From a virus (taxonomy: Duplodnaviria > Caudoviricetes): a stretch of 50,237 nucleotides of DNA. The DNA lies in the IMG/VR virus record IMGVR_UViG_3300022181_000143, positions 1 to 50,237 of that record. The stretch is one strand, 5' to 3'. Shown piece after piece: positions 1 to 8,961 of the stretch (position 1 is its first letter; every line of letters begins with the position of its first letter). The position numbers and the translations under genes were made by a program. The notes beneath the pieces were generated by a model. It saw only the letters and a list, made by a program, of their open reading frames with translations. It was not told where the DNA came from and ran no database searches.

Positions 1-1179
1 ATGAGGAGCTCTCTAAGATGCCTTCTTTTCTTTGTTATATTGCTTATTATGCTCACATCATGTCAAAGCTTAAAAGATGAGACTGCAAATAACATTTACA
101 ATACTAATACTACAGGTGTAATATTGCCAATTAAATATATGGAAATCGAACAAAATACCAATGCAAATATATTTTGGTTATATGACGAAATCGTGTTGAT
201 CGTTCGAGATAATGCTACTGGATGTGCCTATGACCTTTTTGATTGGAACGAGCAAAATCTCATAGAATCGGGCGACTTAAAACTGAAAACCACCATCCAG
301 AACACAACGCCACAAGTCTCCTTCTTACAGCTGAATAAGAATCAATTCTTCGTTAAGAATCTCTTTGACCAGAACGAAAGCTTTTTATGGGAATATAAAG
401 ATGGTGAAGTAGTGATTCGGCCCGTTTCTTTAGGAGAGAATTTTGTTTCTTATGGATTAAATACCAATGCGACTTGTCTTGTTGGGTTAGTGGAAAATCT
501 GAATTCTATACAAGTTTATCAAATTCAACAGAAAGAAGTTTTAAAGCTCGTAATCGAAAAAACATTATCATTGGTCGATTTATCTTTATCTCAAAGTAGC
601 AAACTACTACAAGTCGCATTTATCAATGATAATGAATTTGTATACCAATGGAGCGAAAACGGAAAAGAGGGTTATGGTGTTTATTCGCTTAAAGAACAGT
701 TAAATAAACACCAAGACGTGTTTAACTATGGAAAAATATTGCCCCGTAAAGATTCGGTAGTTCTAGCGAGAGATTATAGTACATCTAATACTTTCGAAAA
801 ATTATCATCGGGATTTATATTCATCAATACAAATGGTGTCAGTGACTTCATTACAAACAAGGATGGACTCCCGTTAGGATATATGTTAGCTTCTGGCGAT
901 TATACAGCATTTGTTTCGGAAACAGAAGATGTCCCAGGAAAAGATCATATTTACACTTGGACAGTAATGAAACCTTTGGATTTGGAGTCTACAGATGTTT
1001 GGAGTATAGAAAACCTTAACTCCCAACATTTTAATCTTGGGTTAGGAACACCAGGGACACTTGCTTTCACTAAAGAACAAGTTCCTGCGTTGGTTTTTAT
1101 CTGCCCGTCGTATACCACAGGACGTAAACAAGGCTATAATCCTGACAGTTACGGTTTGTATATCGTTACAAAGAAATAG
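1..1179 (+). CDS. Putative lipoprotein (probably a host gene flanking the prophage)
   Basis: Basic N-terminus, hydrophobic stretch and lipobox LTSC (Cys21); AT-rich; followed by a strong hairpin; no phage motif. Confidence 0.7.
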   Translation: MRSSLRCLLFFVILLIMLTSCQSLKDETANNIYNTNTTGVILPIKYMEIEQNTNANIFWLYDEIVLIVRDNATGCAYDLFDWNEQNLIESGDLKLKTTIQNTTPQVSFLQLNKNQFFVKNLFDQNESFLWEYKDGEVVIRPVSLGENFVSYGLNTNATCLVGLVENLNSIQVYQIQQKEVLKLVIEKTLSLVDLSLSQSSKLLQVAFINDNEFVYQWSENGKEGYGVYSLKEQLNKHQDVFNYGKILPRKDSVVLARDYSTSNTFEKLSSGFIFINTNGVSDFITNKDGLPLGYMLASGDYTAFVSETEDVPGKDHIYTWTVMKPLDLESTDVWSIENLNSQHFNLGLGTPGTLAFTKEQVPALVFICPSYTTGRKQGYNPDSYGLYIVTKK

Positions 1180-1187
1180 TTATTGTT

Positions 1188-1227
1188 AAAACTCTTGGAA
1201 AGCGGAAAGCGGTTTCCAAGAGTTTTT
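1188..1227 (+). terminator. Intrinsic terminator, possibly bidirectional
   Basis: AAAACTCTTGGAAA (1188-1201) and TTTCCAAGAGTTTT (1213-1226) form a perfect 14-bp inverted repeat just after the stop at 1179. Confidence 0.8.
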
Positions 1228-1430
1228 AAAAAATGGCTTTGCTATCTTGGATGATAATCACACTTGGTAACGGCATTAAATTTATTTTACACTGAGTGCT
1301 AGAACTTCAAGTTAGATTATCTGCTGATTTTATACTTTGTTGCGAAGTAGGTGTGTGTGAGTATTCCGGCAGTAATTACCCACCAGTCCGGTGTTTAGTT
1401 CCAATGGATATTTTCAACGGAATATTCAGT

Positions 1431-1676
1431 GTGCAAAATTTAACGATTTGCCAATCTTTTAACGATAACACTGTGCCAAATCTAGCCTTTCCCGGAAAAC
1501 ACCATTTCAACCCTAGTTTCACCTCAAACCCCAACCAACCCCCTGATTTTAAGCAAAAACATAACCACCTACTGATAAAATAACTTTATCAATAGGTGGT
1601 TATAGATTTGGCGATGATACGGTAGGTCGATAAATTGCACACAGGGTGCTTTTCGGGTGCAAAATTTAACGATTTG
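1431..1676. repeat. 20-bp perfect direct repeat GTGCAAAATTTAACGATTTG (1431-1450 and 1657-1676)
   Basis: Seen directly; a degenerate inverted copy (TCGATAAATTGCACAC) lies at about 1627-1642. Confidence 0.85.
1553..1603 (-). terminator. Probable terminator for leftward transcription
   Basis: 19-bp inverted repeat with 1 mismatch (1561-1579 / 1585-1603), followed on the minus strand by GTTTTTGC. Confidence 0.65.
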
Positions 1677-1730
1677 TTGTACGGCAATCAGTAAAAAATT
1701 TTATACTTAAACTATTCGGTATTAACCATC

Positions 1731-3563
1731 TTAATTAAATAGTGGTGGTATTTGAAAACCAAAATTACTAAGAGTCAGAACAAAATTACTGTTGTTAACC
1801 TCTTTTGTGAATTCCCATTCAATCAATCGAACACCATTTTTTGCGCAAAGTTTCCTTTTATTTTCATCAAGTCTTTGCCTATCTGCTAGTCCAGATTGTC
1901 CGCCAAAAAACTCAAGTGGGCTGTAATGCTGCTCTCCTTGATACTCCAACCCCAGATTAATAGATGGAATAAAGATATCGAGAGATTGCTTTTCCAACCA
2001 TGTATCACGAAATTGAAAAACTGCATCAGGAAAATAAGTTTGAGCTATGCAAAATAGTGAAAATTCGCTTATCCATTTTGGAGTGATTTTCCCAGCTATC
2101 ATAAGCTTTTCGATGAGTGCTTTAAATTCATTATTCCAAAAGGATTCATTTTCTCTTACTTCAACGAAATTTTCATCCTTTCTATATGTTGTGTCGCTTG
2201 AGTAAGTACTAAACATATCATATCTAAAAACTCTCTTTGGGAAAGTTCTAATCATTATCTCATAAAACTCTCGCCAGCTTTTACATATACTTCTCACGGC
2301 ATTAACAACATTGGTTTCATATTCGCGATCAAACAGAGCATCTTCACAGAAAGCTCTATGAGTGTGATTTATTGAGCTCGCTCTTAGTAGCTCAAGTATT
2401 CTATGTAATGGTATGTCTTTGATAACTGGGGGGGTGAAAAACCCCCTAATAATCATGTACATAATAATATTTCTCAAATATTGGTTGTCTGCTTGAATGG
2501 TAATTACATAATTAAGCGAATTATCATCACTAAGAAGGTTTTGTATTCTTTCAACTCGAGTTACATTTCCAAAACATTCTTGAAGAACCAGTAACCCTAT
2601 TGAATTAGTAACTGAAACATAGTAGTTTATGTTACCGTCAACAATAATGCCTTCGATGGAATGGAGTTCATAAAAATCATCAAAACCTTCAACCGGGAAA
2701 TTACTACTTATACCTATATTACTGGTTTCAGAGAAGGCTATATTTCTATTAGCCATATCATAACCAGTATATTTCACGAGGGGGGGAGACTCCTCGTGAA
2801 TTTTAGACGCGAGGATGAGCATTTTCTTATTTTTCAATAGATAAATTATATCGACGATTATGTTTTCCCAAATCTGTTCTCCATCAATAGATATATTCAG
2901 TAATGAGTTTGGTGGGAACTGACGGTGCACCCAACCACGTATCGTTTCTCCATTTATTGTGCAAGCAAAATCCGTTACTGATATGTTTAGGTTCAGATGA
3001 GTGAAACAAATAACGTTAATCTCCTCTTCGAGAATATAATTCTCTTCTCGATGACCGCAGTTAATTCTCCATCCGGCATATTCGTCTGTTAGCCAATCTT
3101 CATTATTTTCTATTACAATTTCACCCTTCTGAGTAGGTAGATATAACCTATAGCTTAAGAATTCTTCGATTTCATTGGGCGTAAAATTCTCCAAGATTGC
3201 GGCTCTCATGTTAGATTTACTTGATGTGCCCTTAGATTTGAGTTTTTTGTAATTCAATAACGCTCTTAATTCTAGTGAGCCAAGATTGTCAAGAGTCTCA
3301 TTGAGTGTTGCAATCTTGATGTATCCTCGATCAATCAAGGATTTAAGAAGCAAACCTGGGTAGTAAACATAATATTGGTAGTAAAAAATAGAGGGAAAAG
3401 TTGTATTTGTTGTCTTAAGCTGACCTATTTTCGCTCTTCTAATCATGACAACTTCATGTGGATAGAGATCTTGATAATGAGGTTCTGCATCAAGAATACA
3501 ATTTTTTAGTTTTTCGTTGTCGCAGTATACTCCTTTTTTTTTGTTGGACAACAGGTCTTTCAT
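1731..3563 (-). CDS. Putative nuclease: N-terminal SAP-like helical region plus C-terminal Vsr/DUF559-like PD-(D/E)XK domain
   Basis: C-terminal SLDIFIPSINLGLEYQGEQHY...DENKRKLC...GVRLIEW; N-terminal LELRALLNYKKLKSKGTSSKSNMRAAI; RBS GAGGTGGAG. Confidence 0.6.
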   Translation of the reverse strand: MKDLLSNKKKGVYCDNEKLKNCILDAEPHYQDLYPHEVVMIRRAKIGQLKTTNTTFPSIFYYQYYVYYPGLLLKSLIDRGYIKIATLNETLDNLGSLELRALLNYKKLKSKGTSSKSNMRAAILENFTPNEIEEFLSYRLYLPTQKGEIVIENNEDWLTDEYAGWRINCGHREENYILEEEINVICFTHLNLNISVTDFACTINGETIRGWVHRQFPPNSLLNISIDGEQIWENIIVDIIYLLKNKKMLILASKIHEESPPLVKYTGYDMANRNIAFSETSNIGISSNFPVEGFDDFYELHSIEGIIVDGNINYYVSVTNSIGLLVLQECFGNVTRVERIQNLLSDDNSLNYVITIQADNQYLRNIIMYMIIRGFFTPPVIKDIPLHRILELLRASSINHTHRAFCEDALFDREYETNVVNAVRSICKSWREFYEIMIRTFPKRVFRYDMFSTYSSDTTYRKDENFVEVRENESFWNNEFKALIEKLMIAGKITPKWISEFSLFCIAQTYFPDAVFQFRDTWLEKQSLDIFIPSINLGLEYQGEQHYSPLEFFGGQSGLADRQRLDENKRKLCAKNGVRLIEWEFTKEVNNSNFVLTLSNFGFQIPPLFN

Positions 3564-3691
3564 TTCTCCACCTCGTTCTCTACCAGTACATTACCAGATT
3601 ACTATTCAAATGTATCAGCGTTATCCCTTTGACGATTCTAGAAAGTCAATAACGTCAGTGAGTGAATCTAAAGGAGTTGTAAGGTTCAGTA

Positions 3692-3805
3692 TTACTTGCT
3701 TATTCTTCTTCCATGTGTAATTGGCAGGTAAACAGGGATGACATATTGTGATCCATAAGCCTCCCTAATTAACTCTTCAAAAAGTTTCATAAGGCTGGCC
3801 TGCAT
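3692..3805 (-). CDS. Candidate 37-aa small ORF (MQASLMKLFEELIREAYGSQYVIPVYLPITHGRRISK)
   Basis: GAGGAG 8 nt upstream of the ATG at 3805; co-oriented between mcrC and the nuclease; too short for the ORF track. Confidence 0.35.
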   Translation of the reverse strand: MQASLMKLFEELIREAYGSQYVIPVYLPITHGRRISK

Positions 3806-3843
3806 ATAACTATCTCCTCATCATTTATTGATACAAATTCTAC

Positions 3844-5160
3844 TTACCCAACCCGAACTTCGCTATAATGCTGGAGTATGTCTTTTATTCCACTCGTGAG
3901 CATGTCTGAAATTCTGCGTAATCCTCCGGGTGTAGCAAGCCCTTGCACCGGTATTTGTATTGCAAAGATGGTATTCCCCTCAAGCTGATAGGTCGCAGCT
4001 AAGTTCACTTTCAATTCATCTCCTTGCTTATATTCGCTTGGATAAGCAAGAAAAAGAAAGTGACATCCGGTCGATTGACAAAAGGCAAGTGCTTCATATA
4101 AATCAGCTCTATTAACCTCGCCGCTATTATTAGCTGATAAGCGTTTGTATTTTGCGTCTACGAGATAAACAATTTCTCCAGTATCCGGCTGGGTCGCACA
4201 AACATCAGGATAAACATATAAATGCTGTTGTGGTACCAGATGATGATTACGAACGGTTCCAAAGCGAAAGGCCTTTTGACTGAATACTTTAAGATCTGAT
4301 TCGCCGATACGAATTGAATTTGTAATCAGCCATTCCCATATCTGCCATGTATTCACAACAAACCCAGGTGACAAGATGTTGCCATTTGTAAAGACAACAC
4401 CCATTCCATGAATAATGTCATACGCTAAGTCATATTCATTTTTCCATCGTAAATCTCTTGCAGGTAGAGCAAGCCTAGGTCTGCTCACCTGTATGGGGTT
4501 TTGTGGTTGGAGTAAAGTAATAGACTCCTGAAGTATCCTTTGCACCATTATGTCTGTTACATGAGGTTGAACATAGCGCATTGCGGCAAGGACCGTTGCG
4601 TTATAGTCGTTCTTCTTGTCAAATATGACTTTTTCTTGTGGAATTCCGTCTGGATGTTTAACAAAAGCATCTTCAAAACGTATCTCGCCTTCAATCGAGT
4701 AGTCCTCGAATAGAGCTCTTCTATATTTTCGCAGCATGTTACGTCGTAACGGAACGAAAGTTTCAGCTAGAGCTCTGCCTGCAATATCATATAGTGAGCT
4801 CAGATACGCCGAAACAGTATGGATATTGTCTCTCTCAAGAAGTCTGCCATGCTTTGACAATGTGGATAGAAGGTAGAAATCTTCCTTCCAATGTGTGTCG
4901 TTTTCAGAGAATCCTAGGTATTTAGGCATGATTTCAAGTTCGATTTGTACGGACAAGCGAATAGTCCCCGCAATATTAACCGCACAAACAGTATCCGAAT
5001 CCATAACTAAAGGAATGGTGGTCAACGAAAGTGCCGTCATAATTCGAGAATTCGCTTTACGAAGTAAAGCGCGCATGCTCTGAGTAGTTATATTACAGTT
5101 GTCAGCAAGCTCATCTATACTGATTGGGGTTCCATATTCCTGTAAAATAACCCTATGCAT
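3844..5160 (-). CDS. mcrC: McrC-family restriction endonuclease subunit
   Basis: LEIMPK near the N-terminus; C-terminal YPD...LVDAKYK...DLYE; start reassigned to the ATG at 5160 (MHRVIL), which overlaps the mcrB stop. Confidence 0.85.
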   Translation of the reverse strand: MHRVILQEYGTPISIDELADNCNITTQSMRALLRKANSRIMTALSLTTIPLVMDSDTVCAVNIAGTIRLSVQIELEIMPKYLGFSENDTHWKEDFYLLSTLSKHGRLLERDNIHTVSAYLSSLYDIAGRALAETFVPLRRNMLRKYRRALFEDYSIEGEIRFEDAFVKHPDGIPQEKVIFDKKNDYNATVLAAMRYVQPHVTDIMVQRILQESITLLQPQNPIQVSRPRLALPARDLRWKNEYDLAYDIIHGMGVVFTNGNILSPGFVVNTWQIWEWLITNSIRIGESDLKVFSQKAFRFGTVRNHHLVPQQHLYVYPDVCATQPDTGEIVYLVDAKYKRLSANNSGEVNRADLYEALAFCQSTGCHFLFLAYPSEYKQGDELKVNLAATYQLEGNTIFAIQIPVQGLATPGGLRRISDMLTSGIKDILQHYSEVRVG

Positions 5161-6262
5161 TACGTTCACCAGCCGCGATAAACACACTATAGATATTAGT
5201 AGCTGAAATAGTCGGCTTACGCAAGACGGCGCGAATATCTTCAGCAAAATTAGCCTCATCAATAGAATATGGAGATCGGGGATCGGATGCATTAATCACA
5301 TATCCGATGGATAAAGCATTACCAAAAAACAGTTCCTCTACGTGTGTGATAATCGTATCCCAGACTTGTACACAGAAATCTAAGGATGAGTTGAGGTCAT
5401 CTATTTGTGGTCTGCAAATGCTCATAAAAATCCCATGTCCAAGTCGATATTCTTCGCCTCGCCCAACTGAAATTTTATCATTAATTCGCTGGAGAGCCCG
5501 AATAGCTGCAAAGTATACTTCCGAGGGATTTGTAGGGGTCTCGGGAAGAGGAATATTTGCACTAATGCCAAAGTATGCTCTAAGTGCATTGTAATCCGGT
5601 TCTAAAGAAACTGTCGCCCAGCGTCTAAGAAAAGCTACGTCAAGCGGGGCGACTGAAACATCAGCCTGATTCATTGCTGCTAAAATATATAAGCGAGGAG
5701 AAAATGCATAATCAAGTGCTCTTCCGTCGGCAGGTGAAATGATTTCAAAACTCTGAGTCGTAGGAAGAACACTACCATCTTCAGCTAAACGTTTATCTGG
5801 TTCCAGCGCAGCAATGCTTCCACCAAAAGCCTCCACTGCTGGACCACGGTTGAGCTCGTCAACGATAACAAGTGATGCACTGTCTGGCTGTTTTGCGAAT
5901 TCATTGGCTCTATATAAAATACCTTGAGAGACACAATATCCTTCATTTGTACCGCCAATTTGAGGAATAATCCCAGTCAGCAAATCGCGGTATTTTGTAT
6001 TCTGATGAAACGTTGTGCGGAATACCTGCTTGTTTGTTAGCTGTAAAAAAGGTAGACGACGCATAATAGGAGTTTCCACATAAGCAGGTATCGGGATTGC
6101 CGCTCCCGGAATATGTGCAGGTGCATCCACTTGTTGGCGAGTTGTTAGGAATTCTTCCGCAACCTCATTCATAAGCCTTGATTTTCCGGTGCCCGGTGCC
6201 CCGATAAGCAAGACATTATTCCTGCTCTGGAGTTTAGCCAAAACATCAAATTTATCTGCCAT
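5153..6262 (-). CDS. mcrB: McrB-family AAA+ GTPase lacking an N-terminal DNA-binding domain
   Basis: Walker A GAPGTGKS about 20 aa from the start, TTFHQN, Walker B VIVDELNRG, McrB signature MNQAD, AFLRRW; likely start at ATG 6262 (MADKF). Confidence 0.88.
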   Translation of the reverse strand: MADKFDVLAKLQSRNNVLLIGAPGTGKSRLMNEVAEEFLTTRQQVDAPAHIPGAAIPIPAYVETPIMRRLPFLQLTNKQVFRTTFHQNTKYRDLLTGIIPQIGGTNEGYCVSQGILYRANEFAKQPDSASLVIVDELNRGPAVEAFGGSIAALEPDKRLAEDGSVLPTTQSFEIISPADGRALDYAFSPRLYILAAMNQADVSVAPLDVAFLRRWATVSLEPDYNALRAYFGISANIPLPETPTNPSEVYFAAIRALQRINDKISVGRGEEYRLGHGIFMSICRPQIDDLNSSLDFCVQVWDTIITHVEELFFGNALSIGYVINASDPRSPYSIDEANFAEDIRAVLRKPTISATNIYSVFIAAGERNA

Positions 6263-6797
6263 TTGTCCATTCCCTCCCATTTTCAATATCAACATATCCC
6301 ATTGGGGTTACGTGGACACTTCTACGTGCGTGCAACCCTCTTAATATAGGTTCTTTTACAGCAGGATGCCAATTATCATTCCGTAATGAGAGTTCAGTAG
6401 TAAAAGACGGCCAAACACGATCTTCGTTGTCTAAAACCAACAGCAGTATACAGTCATTCGAATCAGCCGGCAATACTTGCGATGGGAAACACTGATGAAC
6501 AGTTCCGATTCTTACCTCGTTTGGGCGTGCTTTTGTCGGTTGATGCATGATCACATCTGTCGGTAGTAGCCCTTTCCAATATAAGTGACCTGTAAGTGTG
6601 CCATCGGTTCCAGGCCCATTGAACATTCGGTTGAACTGTTGCGTAAACTCCTTCGCGGGACTAAATCGCAAATCCCGCGCACCTCCTCCGGACTGGGCAT
6701 CATTCGATTCAGCTCTGAATTTTCTGAAATCCCCTTGAACGATTTTTTTGTATATAACCAGCTTTACTCCTATTAACGGCGTCTCCACATTTGCCAA
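6252..6797 (-). CDS. Hypothetical protein (181 aa), candidate stand-alone specificity subunit
   Basis: RBS AGAAAGGGTG before the TTG at 6797; overlaps the mcrB start; SGGGARDLRF motif; no family recognised. Confidence 0.7.
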   Translation of the reverse strand: MANVETPLIGVKLVIYKKIVQGDFRKFRAESNDAQSGGGARDLRFSPAKEFTQQFNRMFNGPGTDGTLTGHLYWKGLLPTDVIMHQPTKARPNEVRIGTVHQCFPSQVLPADSNDCILLLVLDNEDRVWPSFTTELSLRNDNWHPAVKEPILRGLHARRSVHVTPMGYVDIENGREWTNGR

Positions 6798-6813
6798 AAT
6801 AATCACCCTTTCT

Positions 6814-8961
6814 TCATCGGCTAACATCGGTTGGTATATATGGTATTGCACCTCGGTCACGAGCCATATGATAACGATTGAAGCATTCTTCTATTTCGCA
6901 GCCATAGTGTCTAGCTGCAGTAGATAATAAGTAATCGCGTGTTATTGTAGATTTTGATTCGCCTTTTATTGTCGGTTGCTTGCGATCCAAAAGGGGAAAG
7001 TCCTCTAAGATCAGTTCTAAATCACAGACGCTTAATCCATATGCCTGAGCGACAGCAATGTCGATCTGGCACCTTAACGATGCGATCAGCATTTCATCTG
7101 CGTCTGACTCAAGCCGCAATGTCCTAATGGTTCGAGTTGCATTGATAATGGAAGCTGCTAATTCTGAGTCAATGCGGATATCCGGCATTGGAATACTAAG
7201 AATCAAGAAGTAGTTTGCTGTTGTCGAAATGATCCGGCGCAACATCCAGTCATATGTAAAACTATTTGTTATCCCCACCCATAGCAGTTCGCGATTACCT
7301 TTAATGCTGTCTTGAAAAATGATTGTGGGTACCTTATTCCCACAGGCAACACCTGCTGGAATAATCGAACTCATCATTGTCCTCTCGTTAGTTTGACCGG
7401 CAATATCGCAGTAGCCAACGCGTTCTTGTTGCACACGGGTATATACGTCTTTGGGTAGATCCTGCGGGCTTATCCAAAATTGCGGTTTAAATTCGCCGTT
7501 AGAAGGTTCCCAATGCGCAGCTCTTCCGGTTCCTGAAACATATTTCTTTACAGGGAACCAGTGCTGCTGAACCATTCGACCTTCAACAACACCAATTGTT
7601 GCACCGTATGGCTTATTGCTGAACAATGCCTTATCATTTGTCATATCCAATTCTCTGGATATGCTGCATTCCCATCCTGATCTACTCGCCCAATCACAAC
7701 CGTTATTATGAATGCGAAAATAGAGCTCCATTTCTTTGTCTGACCTTACTTCAGGCAATGTTAGGTCTGGCCTGGTCTTTCTCAATAAAGGTATCGGTAT
7801 GGTAACAAATTCTGATACTGTATTCTCCTTCTCTGTACTGTCTCCGTATGCGAGATTAATGCCTTCAGCAAGTGAATCGCAATCAGAAAAGTCACAATCT
7901 AGTAAAAGAAATTTAAATCTTGTATCTATGGCAAAGAATCGAGCACGGTTACTAAGAATAATGAAACTAATATGAGAACATCTTTTCACAAGTACCTCCC
8001 GAATAGAGGTAGTTCCCTTCGACCGAATAATACCAGCTGGCAAGAGCATAAAGACTCTCCCATCCTCCTTAACAGCACCGAAAGACCTCTGTAGGAATGC
8101 AATGTATGTATCTGATTCGGTGTTCCTTAACCAGTCATATTGCTCTCTTAGTCTCTTATTATAATCAGCAAGTTTCTTTTTTTCGACGATGAAACTGTTC
8201 GTATCATATTGATCGTACTCTGTCCCATAAGTGTGGTCATTCCCATTCTTTAGCATGTATGAATGCCGGGAAAGCTTGACCTTCCCCCAAGGTGGATTTC
8301 CTACAATAATGTCGAATTTTTTAACAGGAAGAGCCTCATCAATAAGGCTGTCCATCCGACGCCACTTTCTTGTCATTGCCTCTATGCTCAAGACGCTCGA
8401 CAAGAACGCAGATAAAGCTATTCGGCAACCGCGAATCGCATATTCTGACATATCAAAAGCATAGACATTATGTTCAAGCCAACGTTCGACATCATTAGGA
8501 TATTGTTTTCTATATGAAGCTACCACTGCAGCTAGTAAAATGCCAGAACCAGATGCCAAATCCGCGATAGTTTTTTCCTTTGACAAAGATAATCTGCACT
8601 GTTCGCCGATCAAGCTTGCAAGCCTAAAGTCTGTGTAATAAGCTCCTGTCTCTTTTTGTTCTGCTCTATCGAGTGGCTCTCGTGATAAGGCTGAAATCAC
8701 AAGGGCTTTATCCACACCGACTGTTTCCGATAATGAGGTCAGTCCAGAAGAAATATTGTTCAAAGTTTCTTCTTTGAATATTGGATTTATTCGGAAGGCT
8801 AAACAATAGTCATTATAATCAAATCCTCCAATGGTGCTCGACCAAAATTCAAGCAGCTGGAGTCTACCTTCATATTCATCAGCTATATTTTGGGTTGCTT
8901 TATCTATAAGAGCCTTAAATGGCTGCAAAAGCGTGGCTTCATATGTTGTTGGTACAGCCAT
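6814..8961 (-). CDS. N6-adenine DNA methyltransferase, gamma class (Eco57I/TaqI-like), with C-terminal target-recognition region
   Basis: TGAYYT, motif I IADLASGSGILL, motif IV IVGNPPW; no nuclease motif seen in the roughly 100-aa N-terminus. Confidence 0.85.
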   Translation of the reverse strand: MAVPTTYEATLLQPFKALIDKATQNIADEYEGRLQLLEFWSSTIGGFDYNDYCLAFRINPIFKEETLNNISSGLTSLSETVGVDKALVISALSREPLDRAEQKETGAYYTDFRLASLIGEQCRLSLSKEKTIADLASGSGILLAAVVASYRKQYPNDVERWLEHNVYAFDMSEYAIRGCRIALSAFLSSVLSIEAMTRKWRRMDSLIDEALPVKKFDIIVGNPPWGKVKLSRHSYMLKNGNDHTYGTEYDQYDTNSFIVEKKKLADYNKRLREQYDWLRNTESDTYIAFLQRSFGAVKEDGRVFMLLPAGIIRSKGTTSIREVLVKRCSHISFIILSNRARFFAIDTRFKFLLLDCDFSDCDSLAEGINLAYGDSTEKENTVSEFVTIPIPLLRKTRPDLTLPEVRSDKEMELYFRIHNNGCDWASRSGWECSISRELDMTNDKALFSNKPYGATIGVVEGRMVQQHWFPVKKYVSGTGRAAHWEPSNGEFKPQFWISPQDLPKDVYTRVQQERVGYCDIAGQTNERTMMSSIIPAGVACGNKVPTIIFQDSIKGNRELLWVGITNSFTYDWMLRRIISTTANYFLILSIPMPDIRIDSELAASIINATRTIRTLRLESDADEMLIASLRCQIDIAVAQAYGLSVCDLELILEDFPLLDRKQPTIKGESKSTITRDYLLSTAARHYGCEIEECFNRYHMARDRGAIPYIPTDVSR

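Noticed and set aside
1296-1583. 95-aa ORF on the + strand
   Set aside because: No RBS, runs through repeats and a hairpin, no recognisable motif; probably spurious
1431-1676. Possible mini-CRISPR array or tRNA remnant
   Set aside because: Only two 20-bp copies about 206 nt apart, no cas genes, and no cloverleaf or T-loop motif seen
5161-5292. N-terminal extensions given by the ORF track (mcrC here; likewise mcrB, XRE, SSB, VapE and several tail genes)
   Set aside because: They overlap upstream genes or promoters; downstream starts have proper SD sequences or stop-start coupling
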